A stretch of DNA of 64,000 bases, taken from contig JALMLS010000637.1 in assembly GCA_038496445.1 (NCBI GenBank), positions 165,192-229,191 on the forward strand, read 5' to 3'. The notes below the pieces were generated by a model, which did not search any database, was not told the DNA's origin, and saw only the letters and a list, made by a program, of their open reading frames with translations. The translations under genes were made by a program, and so were the position numbers. The stretch comes from Trichosphaerium sp. ATCC 40318. Lineage: Eukaryota; Protista; Tubulinea. Positions 10,343 to 24,900 of this stretch are shown in pieces. Each line of letters opens with the position of its first letter. Within the stretch, counting starts at the first letter, position 1.

Positions 10343-11731
10343 TTATTTTACATTGCGCGTACAAACTCCCCCATGTTTAAACATTCGTGAGCTCTCTAGA
10401 ATACCAGTCTCAGACCACCTTTCACTGAGTCCATGCATTTCTCCTTTTAGATAGTTCATACGACATGCCATCTTACCATTATGATGATACTTAATGACAA
10501 TACCTAGTACATACAAATGTTAGTCAAGTCAAAAAAAAAAAAAAAAAAAAGAAAATGAGAACAAACTAAGTTCTCCTGTATGTTCCCTTTAGACAAGTTC
10601 TTTTCTTATTCTTTGCTACGTACCATGTATTTCACCATCTTTAGTATAATTTTTTTCTATTTTTAGTGTTCCACCAGGGAAGAATTCTTTGTACAATCCA
10701 ACGTATTTTCCAGCAACATAAGAGCAAAATTTTTTAGGAGAAGAATCTCTATGCCACTTCTTGTATTCACCGTCAAATTCACCTTTAACATAAGTACAAT
10801 CTTGAAATAATACTCCATTACGATACCACTCTCTATACCTACCAGTATATCTTCCTTGATCATAATTACACTCAACCCAAAGTTGTCCATCATCTCTCCA
10901 TTCTAAACACTTGCCATGCTTCTTACCATGATCGTAAAACAAGTGTACTTCTAAGGCACCATTATTATGCCATTGTTTACATTCTCCATGTTTTTTTCCC
11001 TCATGAAAATACAAGTCAACCTCAAGGAGACCATTTTGATGCCATTGTTTCACACGACCATGTTTTTTACCGTTTTCAAACTCACTCTCTATCCAAAGGC
11101 ATTTCATGCCTTTACGCCACTCCTTAACGATACCATGAAGTGCGTCGTCTTTATAAGTACATTCAGTCTTTAAATGTCCATTACTCTCCCATTGTTTAGC
11201 TGGACCGTTTCTTTTACCGTTAACGTAAACAAACTCGAACTCTTCTTTACCACTTTCAAAAAAAGACTTGTACGGACCGTGTACTTCGTCATCTAAGCAA
11301 TTATACACCTCCTTTATAGCACCACATTCATGGTACACTGTACACTTACCTTGACGATAACCGAGTACATAAAAGCAAACTTCGGCTAATTGACCATTAT
11401 CGTGCCACATCTTGTTAGAGCCATCTAAAACGCCATGGCTAAAATGGCATAGGCGTTTTTTACGTCCGTTATCATGCCAACTTTGCCAAGCTCCAGTTTT
11501 CTTTAAAGTCTTCGCTGTAAAGCGAGTCAACGCTGAATTATGACATAAAACCGGCCATTGTCTGAAAGAGTACTCGCTGGTTAAGCTGATGTATATTTGT
11601 AGTTCAACCGGTAGAGACGTAAGCCTGTAATAAAAAAATACGGTTTAGACAAGTTAAAAACCGTTCAGTTTGTCAAACAAATACGCGGAGGTAAAAAACC
11701 CGTACATCGATGTCCCCGCGCTTGTATCCAT
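10343..11731 (-). CDS. Divergent F-box-like + MORN-variant repeat protein (~14 repeats, 2 introns)
   Basis: MDTSAGTSM/LTSLPVELQIYISLTSEYSFRQWPVLC then repeats (HGxxKQWHxNG). Last exon GIVIKYHHNGKMACRMNYLKGEMHG..NVK* follows an intron containing a poly-T run. Confidence 0.75.
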
Positions 11732-12181
11732 ATGTTTTCGCGTGTTTCGTGAATGTACCTCTGATTTTACGTATTTAAATACCACGATTTGATCAAATGA
11801 TGTTTATACAATTACCGTTTAATTGCCGCCTACTACCGCGCGTTTTGAGGAACCGTTGAATAACTGTTGATTTAGTTTGAAAAAAAAGGCGAATTTTTGT
11901 CGCATTGTACCCTTATTATTTATTACTCAATACCAGTGGTATGTAGAAGCGCTTGAATTACACATAAACATTTTTGTCCCGCTTAGAGTTGAATTGAAGT
12001 TATACTGTGCCTGGACGCATGTAATTTGATAATACGCGCACCTGTATTCAGTTTAACCATAATTCAAAACGGGACTTGACAAAACAAGTACGAAATCGGT
12101 TATAGCCTCGACAAGTGTTGACAATAGTACAAGAGATACTGATAAGGTGATTTCGAGTCGTCACAAGACTTTCTTTCTGAC

Positions 12182-14278
12182 ATGCGCGTGAGAACACTTC
12201 GTGTGCGTAAAAGATCTCCTGTTGGCCATTGGCGCAGTGTTAAAAACCAAAGACAATATTTCGACTTTGTACTCGCCAGAGAGCTTCGTATACTCACCTA
12301 TGAAGACTGGTACGATTGTACAAAAGGTCAAGTCGCAAGATTAGGCGCATTTACGCAGCTCAATCAATGGTAAACGCTATTTATTTGCTAAGTTTTTAAT
12401 ATTTTGCTCAATTGTTGTAGTTACAACGGCTCTCTTGCATTAGCACTACAAGAACTGTATCCACAAAGAGAATGGCAACTATGGAAATTCAAGTACTACA
12501 CCTCTTTTTTTGTTATCGCACGTGACTAGTTTTTAATTCTTTTTTCTGTTTGAAGAAACGCGCCAAGAGATCACTGGAGTTCAGTAAAAAACCAAGCGGT
12601 TGCTTTTGAACAAGTTGCAGAATCACTTAACTTTAAGCATTTGGATGACTGGTGCCTCCTTTTTTCTTAAAGGTCACGTGAGTTTTCTAATAACAGGTCA
12701 GGTATACAGCAAAGTACCGAATCATTCAAGTCATGGGTATAGGAGGCATGCTATCAAGATGGTGCGTTTATACTGGATGCTTGGCTCCCAGTACCAACGC
12801 TCTATCCTCTCCTGACTATTCAACCCATAGCTATGCTGGTTCTATGTCTAAGGCGCTTAAAAGTATATATCCAACTCACAACTGGGAAGATAACAAGTTC
12901 CAGTGCGTACTTGTGAAACAAATAACTTGAACTAACTGCACAAAAAAAGTATGGTGCCAAATTACCATTGGCACAATAAACAAAATCAAGAAGAGGCGTT
13001 CCAACAGGCTGCTGAAGAATATAGCATCAAGACTCTGGATGATTTTTATAACTTTCCTCAAGCTCCACGTTTTATGGGTCATTTAAAGTCTGTATTAGAA
13101 AAGTACAATTGTTTCTTTACCAAAAAAAACTGACAAACAATTTCAAAGGCATGATTGGTCTTTTCAAAATGCACTTGCATATCTCTTTCCAGAATATCCA
13201 TGGAACTTTCAGTACGTTGATACTGATATACTTGAGCTATGTTTTCGTTAATGTAGTTCACCATCACAGGGAGAAGATAACTATTCCGCAAAATTATTGG
13301 AGAAAACGTGCGAATCAAGTTACTTTCTTGGAGTCAGTAGCTGAACGATTTCAATTAACTTCTCCTGAGAGTTGGTACATATATTAAATAGCACGCTTAA
13401 CTTTGTCTCCCTTTGCTAACATATGCTTGTTAGGTACCGTATCTCTTCTGAGCAGCTAACAGAAGTAGCTACGTCTGGTGTACAACCTTATTTTCCGCGT
13501 ATGTTACTCTCTATATATCCTGACTACAAGTGGGATTGGGAATCATTCGCATCTATGAAAAAGCTGGCGTCACAAAGGTAAAGATACAGTGCCTTATTAA
13601 GAAACCTTTGACTTACAGCTCAAACTAAGACGTCTCGTTGAATGTGTTCGCCTTATTTTTCCAAAACACGAAGTTACTGAAGAACACAATGTAACTAGCA
13701 GACACTTCAACGGTACAGGCGCAATTTTGTTAGATGTTTTTGTAGCAGAATGGGACCTAGGGCTAGAGTACCAAGGTAATTTTTCCTGAAAGAGATAAAG
13801 CAAAATAAACATCTCTTTAGGAGAGTGTCATTTTCATAATCTGCTACCTCACCAAATGGCATCTAAAGAAGGCAGAGATACTGAAAAAGCAGAGCACTGC
13901 AAGCGTCATGGTACGGTATTACTTAAAAGGACTCTCATATAAGTTTAACATATGTAGGTATAACGATAATCCCTATTCCGTATTGGTACTTTCTCAACCT
14001 TTTTTGGAACCACGTTTTAAGTTATTTTGTTCTTAGGTGGGAAGGAGATATTGGCTCAATAGCTGCAACAATAAGACACTATGTGCCAAGTGTTAGATTA
14101 TATGTACCAAATAACGCTAAGCCACTTATAATGGTCAATAAGGACTCAAACAATCGTTGGCCACGTGCGGTTTTTTTTTGGTTTTTCTGGTACAGTTTTG
14201 TTTAACTCGGTTTATTTAGAACGCACACCCACAATTATGTCTCCAATAGCTAATAATGGAGTAGCACATATTGTCTAA
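12182..14278 (+). CDS. Multi-exon protein with W..xxNQR.xF-type repeats and a C-terminal restriction-endonuclease-like (RAP/Vsr-like) domain
   Basis: Repeats GHWRSVKNQRQYFD, HWHNKQNQEEAF, NYWRKRANQVTFLE with L..lYP...W..WKF linkers. C-terminal LDVFVAEWDLGLEYQGECHF..RDTEKAEHCKRHGITIIPIPYW. Confidence 0.6.
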
Positions 14279-14912
14279 GTAATTTAACAGTCTCTCTTGT
14301 ACAATTAGAAAAGTAAAAAGCCTAAAATGTTTCAACCACCAGAAACTGGCGGAATGACAGCAATTTTGTCGTGTGGTTTGATTGTGACTGCTTCAAGCGT
14401 ATATTCTTCGTTTACGGCGATAACAGCGGTTTCAAGTACTTTAGACAGTCTTGGGTAACGCTCAGCCAAAATTTGTTTAAATTGAACTGTAGTTGTCTAA
14501 AAATGCATCAGCACGCGTAGATTGCGTACTGTTGTCGATAAAAATCATATACGCACTCCTGTTGGAACTTCCAGCTCGAGGTTGTCCTTACCTAGCTGCT
14601 CCTTTGCGCTGGCGAAAAACAGACATGTCACCTTCATTTTCTGTTCTACAATTTAGAAAACGTTACATTTTTTTATAGTTAATACCTCAAGAGGCGTGTG
14701 CTCTTTTGAATTGCCCACTTTGGCCAATAAAAGATCGTTTGTCTTCCCTGATGTGAAATGGCGCATCTTCGACTCAAGTGACGTTAATATTGGTTTCTTT
14801 TGTAATGCTAACGTACCATCTCGGCTTGCATCAATAGGTCAATCACCAACTTACTTTTGGGTTTGCGGCTTAACAAAGCCTAAAAAAGTGGAACGAGTAG
14901 CAATAGCGTACT

Positions 14913-15834
14913 ATGTCGTCTATACCGCTTCATTTTGACGCAGTCCCTACAAACTCAGATGATATTGAAGACATCCAGTTAGATACACCACACGAAGCAT
15001 CGTCCGCAGATCGTGGATTCGAGAAGGCGTCGTGTTTGCCTGAAAAGAAAAAAGATAAGTTATTAAAGGCGCTAGGACCAGGTGAATCGCTAGAATATGT
15101 TGAACAGCCAGCGTTTTGGCGAGGTAGGCCAGTAACTGCTGTTTTTAAAAATAACACGTCACAGCACAAGGACCTGCATTTGCAGTGATGTTGGTAGGAA
15201 GTATAGCACTTATAGTTGTATTATGCGTTAACTACAAACTGTTACTCGGAGGTATGGGATAAAATTGCGTTTCTACGCTCTAAACGAACACAATAGGCTC
15301 TACAATGATGATCGCAGGCACATTCCCATTAGCGTTAATTATGATCATTTATTCCGCTTGGACGCACAAAAATAGGCACGTTACAATACGCGCCGCATAA
15401 AACAAAGAGATTGATTCATTCGTAAATGTTCAAGTGACATTTACAATAATTTTTTTCTTTTTCTCCTCTTAAACCAGCTACTAATACAACCATCGCAGAT
15501 ATGTAGCGTTTACAGATAAGCGTGTTATTATAGAACTCAGTGGAAAGCATAAACTAAAATATGATGACATTTCAGGTGTCACCACGCAATTTAATTACTT
15601 ATTCTGTCGTCACGACATTGTTCTTACCTCTGACGTATCAGGTGGACCAAGGTACTTGCAATTGAACCTATTTGATTTTTTACGCGCCGTAAAGAGAAAT
15701 TACTTTAAAATGCTGATATTTACGCTACCTGTAGACCTAAGAAGTACTACATTGAAGCAATACCTAGAGCAGACTTCTATATTCAGTTTCTGCAAGGGCA
15801 GACATCAACAACTACTATTGTTCCTGATGTCTAG
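14913..15834 (+). CDS. Small multi-exon membrane protein, possibly with a bacterial-PH-like domain
   Basis: LGPGESLEYVEQP, two hydrophobic segments, then YVAFTDKRVII. Confidence 0.45.
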
Positions 15835-15972
15835 AGTGTAAAAATAGTTTGATTTTTTCGGTTGTATGCGAGTCATCACTTTTCACTGTAAATAAATAAG
15901 ATAATCTAATAACTGTTAAACCACCGCTTTTACGTTGATATTGTTTTCTTTGCGTACAGCACTCGTTTGTTG

Positions 15973-18900
15973 ATGGAAGCAGTACGCGAAAGGCCTAAAA
16001 AGAAACAAACGGCTCGAGGTACCGTGTACAATGTATATATTTTAAATACAGGCTGTTTTATGGATAACAGTACAGTTTGTAACGAAGGAGAATTCGTTAC
16101 ATGTTTTTTTCACAAATTCTGTCGCCTACAGGCGTATTACGCGCGTGCATTCTAAAAAAATAACGTAGAAAAGTCAAAGCGGCCAGTTCCCACGTTATCC
16201 AAACCAACAACACCTGTCAAGCCTAAAATATCGCCAAAACCTTCTCCAGTCCCTTCTGACGTTTCACAAACACAAGATCAGGTCAAAATCATCAATACCA
16301 ACAATGTACGAACTAGTGTCACTTTGACACATGTTAACCACTATTCCACTAAACCTGTGGTGTGAAAATAATACAAAGGAACTCGTAAATTGAAGTTTAT
16401 CATCTGTAGGTATCTCAACCGCTCCCAGAATCTCAGGAACAAACACAAGCAAGCCATGCTTCTCCACAACCAGTAGTTCAAGAACAGTTACCGCAGCCTA
16501 TTATCGCTAATGCTGCTCCTGTACATACTGCTACTGCGCCCATGATGCCAGTGGAGGCAGTGATGCCATCCGCACCTCCTTTTGCTCCATCAGCTCCTCC
16601 AGTGGTTTTTGATAGTATTTACCCTGATTTGAAGTACGAAATGCAAAAGATCATTTATTTGTCTTGTACAGATTGTACTAACATCGCAAAGGGAATCACC
16701 TATCGCTCAACCTAGTTGGCGTAGTGTTGATAGGTATGTTAGCCCTCTTCAAGCTATCAAAGTAGATGTACAACGTTTGTTTGTTGGATTAGAACAAAAA
16801 GCAGTTCAAACGATAAAAGAACCACGTAATCCTCAACCTCCCGTACGTTGTATCTTCCTAGCACTTTTAAAAAGGAACTGGAAGTATTGAAGGCTTCTAT
16901 CTTGTAGAGCGCATGGCAGACAAGTCAATTTTACGTTATGGTAGCTGCTTTTGAAGAAGCCAGCTTTCGATTAAACGGTGCTCATGCTGAACTCGCATCA
17001 ATTAATAAAGAACTCTCCATGATGCAAGATACTATATGGAAGTTTGAAAAACGAACCTTAATGCCTGCAAAATCCATGTGTTTATGTGGTAACGACGTAA
17101 GTGTCATTTTCTGCGCCAAAAATTTTTAGTTTTTGTCCTCAAAGACTTTAGGTTGAAGCACCTGCTCTTGAGTGTGATCACGCTCAGATCGACCCTGAAT
17201 TAGCTACTGCAATTAAAGTTTGTCAACAAAGACTTTTGATTGTAAGGTTTGAGGCACGTGATTTATTTTTTCCGATTTTCTTCTAAATTCGGATGATAGA
17301 CACTTCCTTATGCAAGGTATGCTTCACTTACTGGTTTTATGCGTTTGGTTCGTTTCATACACGAATTTATTCAATACACACCACCGCTAAAGTCTATAAA
17401 AGCTGAAGACCCAGTCATAGGTACGCTGAAGGTTTTACAGCTCAAACAAAACATAAATTCTAACTTTTCTTTTGAAGTGATGTCACCAAAAGATAGAAAG
17501 CATTCTGATAAGAATTACATAAACGATATGCGTCATTACATAAGTGTGTTGCTCTTTTTTGAAAGGAAAGCTTATCATGGCGGTAAAGAAACAAACATTG
17601 CGTATAGTTTCGTAAGTGCAATGCGTACACTTGCGGAAAAATTGGTGCGTCCGAAGCAAATTTGGTAAAATAGCTTACACATGTCGCTTTAGATTTGTAG
17701 ATACATTCGTTTTGCTACTTCAGATGATCATTTATTCATCTTGGAACGACTTGTGAGATGTCCAACTGTACATAAATGGGCAACACAATTTGTACAATAC
17801 CCTACACAAGCATGGTAACTAGTTCTTTTTGTTTAATGTCGAAACTAATTTTCTTTTCCTTTAGGGATGATATAACTTCAGACCTGTTTTTAAATAGTCT
17901 TAAAATGCTTCTATCGCCTGTTGTATATATAAAAACGGTAGAAGAAGAGGGAGGAGATGAAGCATCAGCGGATACAGGTATAAATGCTCACTGTAACAAC
18001 TTTATTCTAACTTATATTTTGTAGTACCTCAAACAACGCATTTGCTTGATGAATCTGCATTCCAAGCTCTCTTTAAGCAATTACCATTCTCGAGATTATT
18101 TTCTTGGCTGTTCAGACCAGTAGATGATATTAAAGACTTAGCTATCCATATACGTAAACAAATAAGTTATTGGGTAAGTAGTGTTCAAATGTTTTTTGTT
18201 TTCACTTGGCACGTGCTTAGTCATGTGAAGCATGACGTTGGCCTGGGTTTTCATTGTAGTAGTGAATTGTTAATTAGCTTAATAGACTTCTTCTATGATT
18301 CTTTTGTGTGATGCTTTGGAGCTTTTTTATGATTATAAACAATTATCTCATGAAATAGGTCACATAATTATTCATGGTTTAAAAGCAGGGAAGGACTTTC
18401 TAATGCAAATGTATGTTACACAGATATTAAACAATATCACTAATATATTTTCTAGATCATCAGATAATACTGTACCTTCTTCAATCGTTTCTGCAAACAA
18501 GACAAGCTTCGATGCAACTTACTGTAGGGTAAGGTTTTATTGTTTTTTGTTTTAAGCTGACTTTGTTGTTTCTAGGTGTTTTCGAGGCTTTCCAGTACTG
18601 CTAATGGTGGAAAGGGATTATGGCAGTACCTTGTACATATACCTTATGAAGCTATGTCTCCTGAAACAGCCGTAAAAATGTTTGCTATGGCTCTTTTTCC
18701 AACTTATGTTGACGATGTTTCTATTACTCCCTGTATGACTTTGTAGTTGATCAATTATGTTCTAATATTTCTTTTTTAGCTACCATAGCTTCATGGTATG
18801 ATAAGCGCGCAGGTAAGCACCATAAATTCTTCACTAGCTGGTTTGTGTAATTTGAATGTCTAGACGGAATACGACAAGATTTTGTCACTTCTATCGTGAA

Positions 18901-21900
18901 ATACCATGACTCTGAGTTCATCCTTCATGCTCTGGCAAACCTTGCTATTGCACATCGATCATGGGTGGGTCAGTTACCACAGCTTGCTTCTGTCATCTTG
19001 GAAGACTTGTTCACGATTGGGTGTATCCTTTTTTATGTTTTGGATTCGAATCATCTCGTTGTACTGCAGTTATTGTTTCCTTGACAAGCAAGATATCATT
19101 GACGGATCAAAAGAATTATTTTATAAGTCAGTACAATCAATATTAGCTGAGATGTGTAATGCAGACATAAATAATGTACGCGAAAGTTCTTGTATTTATT
19201 GTTCTTTTTGGTTCTAAGAAAACTTCATCAACCGTGATTGATTCATCCGCTGAATCTTTTAATTGCTTACAACCTTAGGTGGCACGTCTCATATCGTTGG
19301 CGAATGAGTACATGCCGAAACTTGGGAAGAGTATGGGCGTTTACCTTTTCAAGAGCCTACCTCTTGATAAATTCGTTGCTGATACATCACTCATTTCAAC
19401 TATGGAGAAATGGATACTCGATGACCTAGTACGATTCCTTATCCTATCTATCTATATATATATTATATTTAACATTGTTGTTTTGCTGCTATTAGCAAGA
19501 GCGCAACAAGCACAAGACGCAGGTTGGTGAATTTTTATTATCTGCCAATTCTTTGGTGTGTTTTTTTTTTATTTATTAGTTGTTGTTATTGTTATTTGTT
19601 GATGTGTTTAGGCTTCACCTCAAAGCTCAATTGCTAGATGTATTATTGATGGCTTAAACTGGGGAAAACATCCAGGAACAGATGAGTTATTCTTATCTTC
19701 TGCAGTTCATCGAGAAGTTAGTGTTATGCTTATCAAGGTATTCCAGTGTCAATATCGATGAGCTGATAGCTCATTTATGTTTGTAGGTGCTATTACATCA
19801 TTTGAATCAGCCTGTTGGATTCTTAGATTACATGACATCAACGGACATGAAAAACTTTCAAGATTGGTTAACTAGTACATTATTAAAAGCACAACATTAT
19901 ACAATATCAGCAAGACCAAGATTACCACTAAGAAACTACAAGGAAGCTAGTCAGGTAGATCTAATTCGTCACCATTCCAAACACAAAAATGATCTTATCT
20001 TTTGTAGTATGTCACAGATATGATAGCAAAGGGTACCAGCATAAATCCTTGTGTAGCGTACTTCTGTCTAAGCGTCACTGAATCTGCATCTTGTATGCGT
20101 AATTTTAAAAAGGAAGGCGCTTTACTATTGAAGCATCTTGTACGTCCAAATTTCTCGTCGTTTCATAACACGTGGATACAAAGAACCTATTTTTGCTTTA
20201 AATTTTAACTTTGCATTCGACTGTCATCTAATAAATTAATAGGCACCTCCTGGACCTATGTTCTTGTGTCTACGTATACTAGAAGATGTTATTCCTGTAT
20301 TATGTAGAGATAAAGAGTTTGAAATGCCTGAAGAAGGGATAATAGGAAATTCAGTATTATTACAACTTCTAAACACAGATACTGGTATGATCAGATACAA
20401 AAGAAAACCCCGAATAATCATTCTCTAACATCTTGTTATAGGTTGGTTTTATAATACAATTAAGACTCCTGATGAACCTACAAGTGTAGTCTATCAGCTG
20501 AAAATGATCATAATACGACAAATGACTACTTTATTAAATACACAGCAACAAGATATTGCAAAGAATGTCTACAACTTTTGGTTAAGCGGTACTTGTTCGT
20601 ATTCACGTAACGTGTTTTTTATAATATATTAGAGCTTATGAGTATTCCCACATGGTTTAAGACTACCAGCACTTCGTACTTGTGTGATTTCTTGGCTTTA
20701 TTAGGCCACTATATTGATCCTCAAGGCTTGATCATCTCAAAGAGTTTAAAAAGTGAGGTCGAACGAACGTAAGTGAGGCATAAAGCTTTTGTTGTGGCTT
20801 ATTTTCATTGCAGGAAGAAAGAAAAGGAGACATCATATGGATGGTTTGTTTCTGGTTTGATGGCCGGAACAGGTTCTTTCTGGAGTAGTAAACCTGCCAG
20901 AGAGCTTGAGAGGCCATGGTTGTCATTGGAGTACCTACGTACACTATTTTAATGTTTTCGTTTGCAACCTTTGTACCTGTTAATGTTTTCTTTTTAGTGT
21001 CTCAAATCGAAGAGGAAAAACGTGATTGGTTGTCATTAGGTGAGGATCTTGAGCAAAAGTCATCAAATAACTATTTGGACGTTAATAAACTATCACGTGA
21101 CATGAGTACGATCATTTTTTTTGAAAAGCACTTACAATACTCAAAATCTATTGTTTTAGAAGCCATTGTAGCCAAGAAGTGGGCTATTTATTCTGTAGAA
21201 GCTGCTGCTATGGCCATTGATCCTGATCACCCACTTGTACCTATTTATTGGCAACTATTCTTTATTCTTTTCTTTCACAGAACAAGAAACGATTTTGTAT
21301 TTGGAGGTAGATTATACTATAGCAAGAGCAAAATGTACGCGTTGTATACTATGATCCTTCATGCGCTTCAACAGTGGTAACTTTTTATGCTTTAGATCTA
21401 GAATAGCAAAGATTCAAGAAAAGCTATATGGCCTAGAAAAGCATTTTTCAAGCTTGCTCAGTACACACGAAGAAGCAGGTTCATCAGATCAAGGTACTGC
21501 GCTAATTATTTAACTTTGTACTCATTTCTTACTAAGGGCGATTGCTTTCATGTCTTGAACTATTCAGGGCCATGCAACGATGGCTTGAGCTTAATTTCAA
21601 TACATTGACTTATAAACAGTTCTTTGAACTGCCTGATAAACAGTACAATGCTTCACGATTTAATTCTTTACAAGTTTTCTCATCGAGAGCAAACCTGTGG
21701 ATAGATTTGGTTCCTATGGGTATTCTATGGGGTGAAGCTATTATATTGAGCAGTCCTGTAGAAAGTGGGACACAAGAGAAGGAGCGTTTAGCGAGGTACT
21801 AAATTCGAAAAAAAGCACATTCTCAAAAATTATTGCAGGTTAACTATGCGTTCACGAGCAAAATCTCTAGTTCTCAAGAGCCATTGTATAAAACCGCCAA

Positions 21901-24900
21901 TCGTTCAAGAAGTTGATCTCGTACATTTGGCTCATGCTGTCAAGAATAATAGCAACGTACCTCACCTTTACCAGTTTCATTTTTCTTACACTTTTTTCAA
22001 AGCTTGTGTCCAGTGTGACTAAAGATTTAACTGTATTTACTGGTCCTTCGCAAGATTACAATGCAAGGAAAATGAGATATAGCCAACTTGATGTTCAGTT
22101 CTTGGAGCAGATAGGTCAACTGTGGGTTACGATGGTAAAGAAGGTCAGGAGAGGTAAGATTCTTTGAAATTGTTTGCGTTATACTATATTCTTATCAATC
22201 ATTGTTACAACCCTCCGTAACTAATCTTCTTTAAATAGAAATTCCATGTACTAATGGCCAAAAATGTAAAGGTCCAGCAGTGTTTATGGTTGACTTGTTG
22301 GTAAGTAGTTAGCTTTAGATTTTCTCTTATTAACATGTCAATTAGGTGCCTCAAAGGAATGAAGCTGTACTAAGGGACATGGCACAAAATAGAGATGACG
22401 CCATTAATATAGGGGACATACTCGTACCGTAAGCAATCGTTTTTTTTTTGTAGAATTGTGAGACTACTTTTTGGCTGAATTCTTACATTTTTCTTATTCT
22501 AGTGATAATGTTGGATCAACAGCGATTCGTCTAGAATCTACCTTTGGAAACTTGATAAAATATTCGAATACAAAGGTACAAAGTTATTTAATAAGGGCGT
22601 AGAACAATGAAAAGCAGATATTAACGATAATCAACAGGATATACACAAAAGTGGGACTGATATTTTTTATTCTTTGGTTAAAATGAAAACACTTCCTATT
22701 GACCTTTATCCGCCTTCACGAACCTTCTTCAGCGATTCAATAGCTCGCCTTGCTGTATTACCTGCAAGAACACCTTCTGTACGTATTTAACTATGAGATT
22801 AAGAACCTAACAAGCTCTTAGAGTTGTATGCCATATATCACTGTAATTGTAAATAACCCATCACTATCACCGCTCCTTGCACCTCTATTTAATCCAAACC
22901 AGAATATGAGCGTATTCTTGGATATGTATAAACTAGTAATCAAATGTAGAGAACCTTTTCCACCAAAGAGATTCGCACAAATATTCGAACGCTTCAACAT
23001 TGACATGGTACGAAAAAATGATACTCTCGAATCCATTCTTCGCTGACTTTTGTTTTAAATAGTTCATTGACACGTCTGGAACACTTGGTACAGCTGAGAA
23101 GCGTCATCAAGCTCTTCTGTATGCTTTGGAACCAATGCTTGTATCTTCAACACCTACACAACCTAATAAGTTGCTACAAAGTGGTTTGCAGCATTTTGTT
23201 ATTTTATCAAAAAAAGGATTTCCTCGTCAGTTCAATAGTATCCTACCGATGCCTCTTCAACATTTCTTTTTACTTTTCTATTCTCTCCTTCCTTTGAGAG
23301 AAACCTCTCAGGATAGGAGAGAAGTTTGTTCGTGGTTTTCTTTAACTGCTTAAAAGCTATTATTCAGTTTCTTTTCAATAAAAGTAGAATGTCATCTTTA
23401 GCACCTGAGTGCTGGGAGAGAGCTATCGCTTTACCTCTAGCAAAGGCTTTACATCCTCCGCAAGCAAAAAGGATATTAGAATGGATGGGAAGCTACTTCG
23501 AAACATCATTACAAAGTGTACGACAAAAACAAGTTTGTGATTAAACTGACTTTCTGTTGCAGAAGAAGCAACCACTCTATACAACTTGGAAGCTTTACTT
23601 TTCACCTATCATACAACTTCTCCCACTTCTTTTCGCTGCGTTGTGTAGAGATCCTGGTCATAAGCCTGAGAATAACCCTTTTGCGCCTTCAGCTATAGCA
23701 GAAGGTACGCACAACATTTTTCGTGGTTTTAACTAAAAAGTTTTTAAGTACTTGCAAGAGTTTACTTTCCTTGGCTCTTTGGTAACGATAAAGTACTTCC
23801 TTGGAATCCTCAAGATTCAGATATGGCTGATATGTTACTCACATCGTTTGTAAATACAGTATCAGTGCTTCAACTCTCGCACAGAGGCGTACGCAAATGT
23901 TTCATGATATAAAAAAACTGTTCATTTAATTGGTGTTAACGGCGTACTTAGGTTGTGGATGGTGTCTTCAAATGGCTTTCATCAAGGTTGCGAGGTATTT
24001 TAAAACTAGCTATTTACCCACGTGATGCTTATTTTTAAAAAAGGGGAATGCAAACGCCTTCAAGGCAATGTGGATGTGCTTCTGCGACTAGCGCAAGGCT
24101 TGAAACCTATAGAATGGCAACATCTACAAAAGCCACCACTGATACTCACATCATTCATGAATGATAACCATACACGCCCAATGCTCATGCTATGGGCAGG
24201 AGTTCTAACAAGGTAAGAGAAACCGATTCTGCTTGTAGCTGTTGACAAACATTTTTAGATTTCCTTGGTTAAAGATGAAACCAACTTCACCTAAGTTACA
24301 GTCAGAGTATCTTCTTGAGTTGATAGAAATGACACTCACATTCATTACACACGTTCCACCTACAGATAAAGAATTCCTTGAATTCCTAGACACACTTAAA
24401 AAAGCACCTTGGATTCAACTTGATATTGCGGAATTAAAAAAACCTCGTTTCAGGCAAACGTTGTTAAGTCACTGCAATGGCTTATCAACAAAGCATCGAC
24501 ACTTGTCGTTAACACTATTAAGATATGTTACGATATTCCAGATACCAAAGGTAAGGCTAAGGCTATTAAAATCGACATATTAATAAAGTGTTTCAGGAAG
24601 CTTCAATTACTGCTTTAGAACCTCATCGTGCTTCTTTGTACATAAAATACCTGGCTGCTATTTTAAAGGATGAAATGAACGAGGATGAAGTTAAATCTGC
24701 TGTTAGACTAATATTTAATCAAATGCCTTACCTACCAGTTACAGATCACGTGCCTTTAATAAAGGTACATCCAAATATAAAAAACACAAAATATTCTGAC
24801 TTTTTTTTAAAGGAGGCTTTGGCGCTTTGCAGAATCTCAGCATTGATGCGTAATGTGACTGTTTCAGAAACATTCAATTTCCTAACACATCACCCTCAAT

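Noticed and set aside
1-11731. Endogenous giant-virus segment
   Set aside because: F-box/MORN content is virus-like, but the genes carry spliceosomal introns and no NCLDV core gene (capsid, PolB, packaging ATPase, primase) is visible. A distant viral origin is not excluded.
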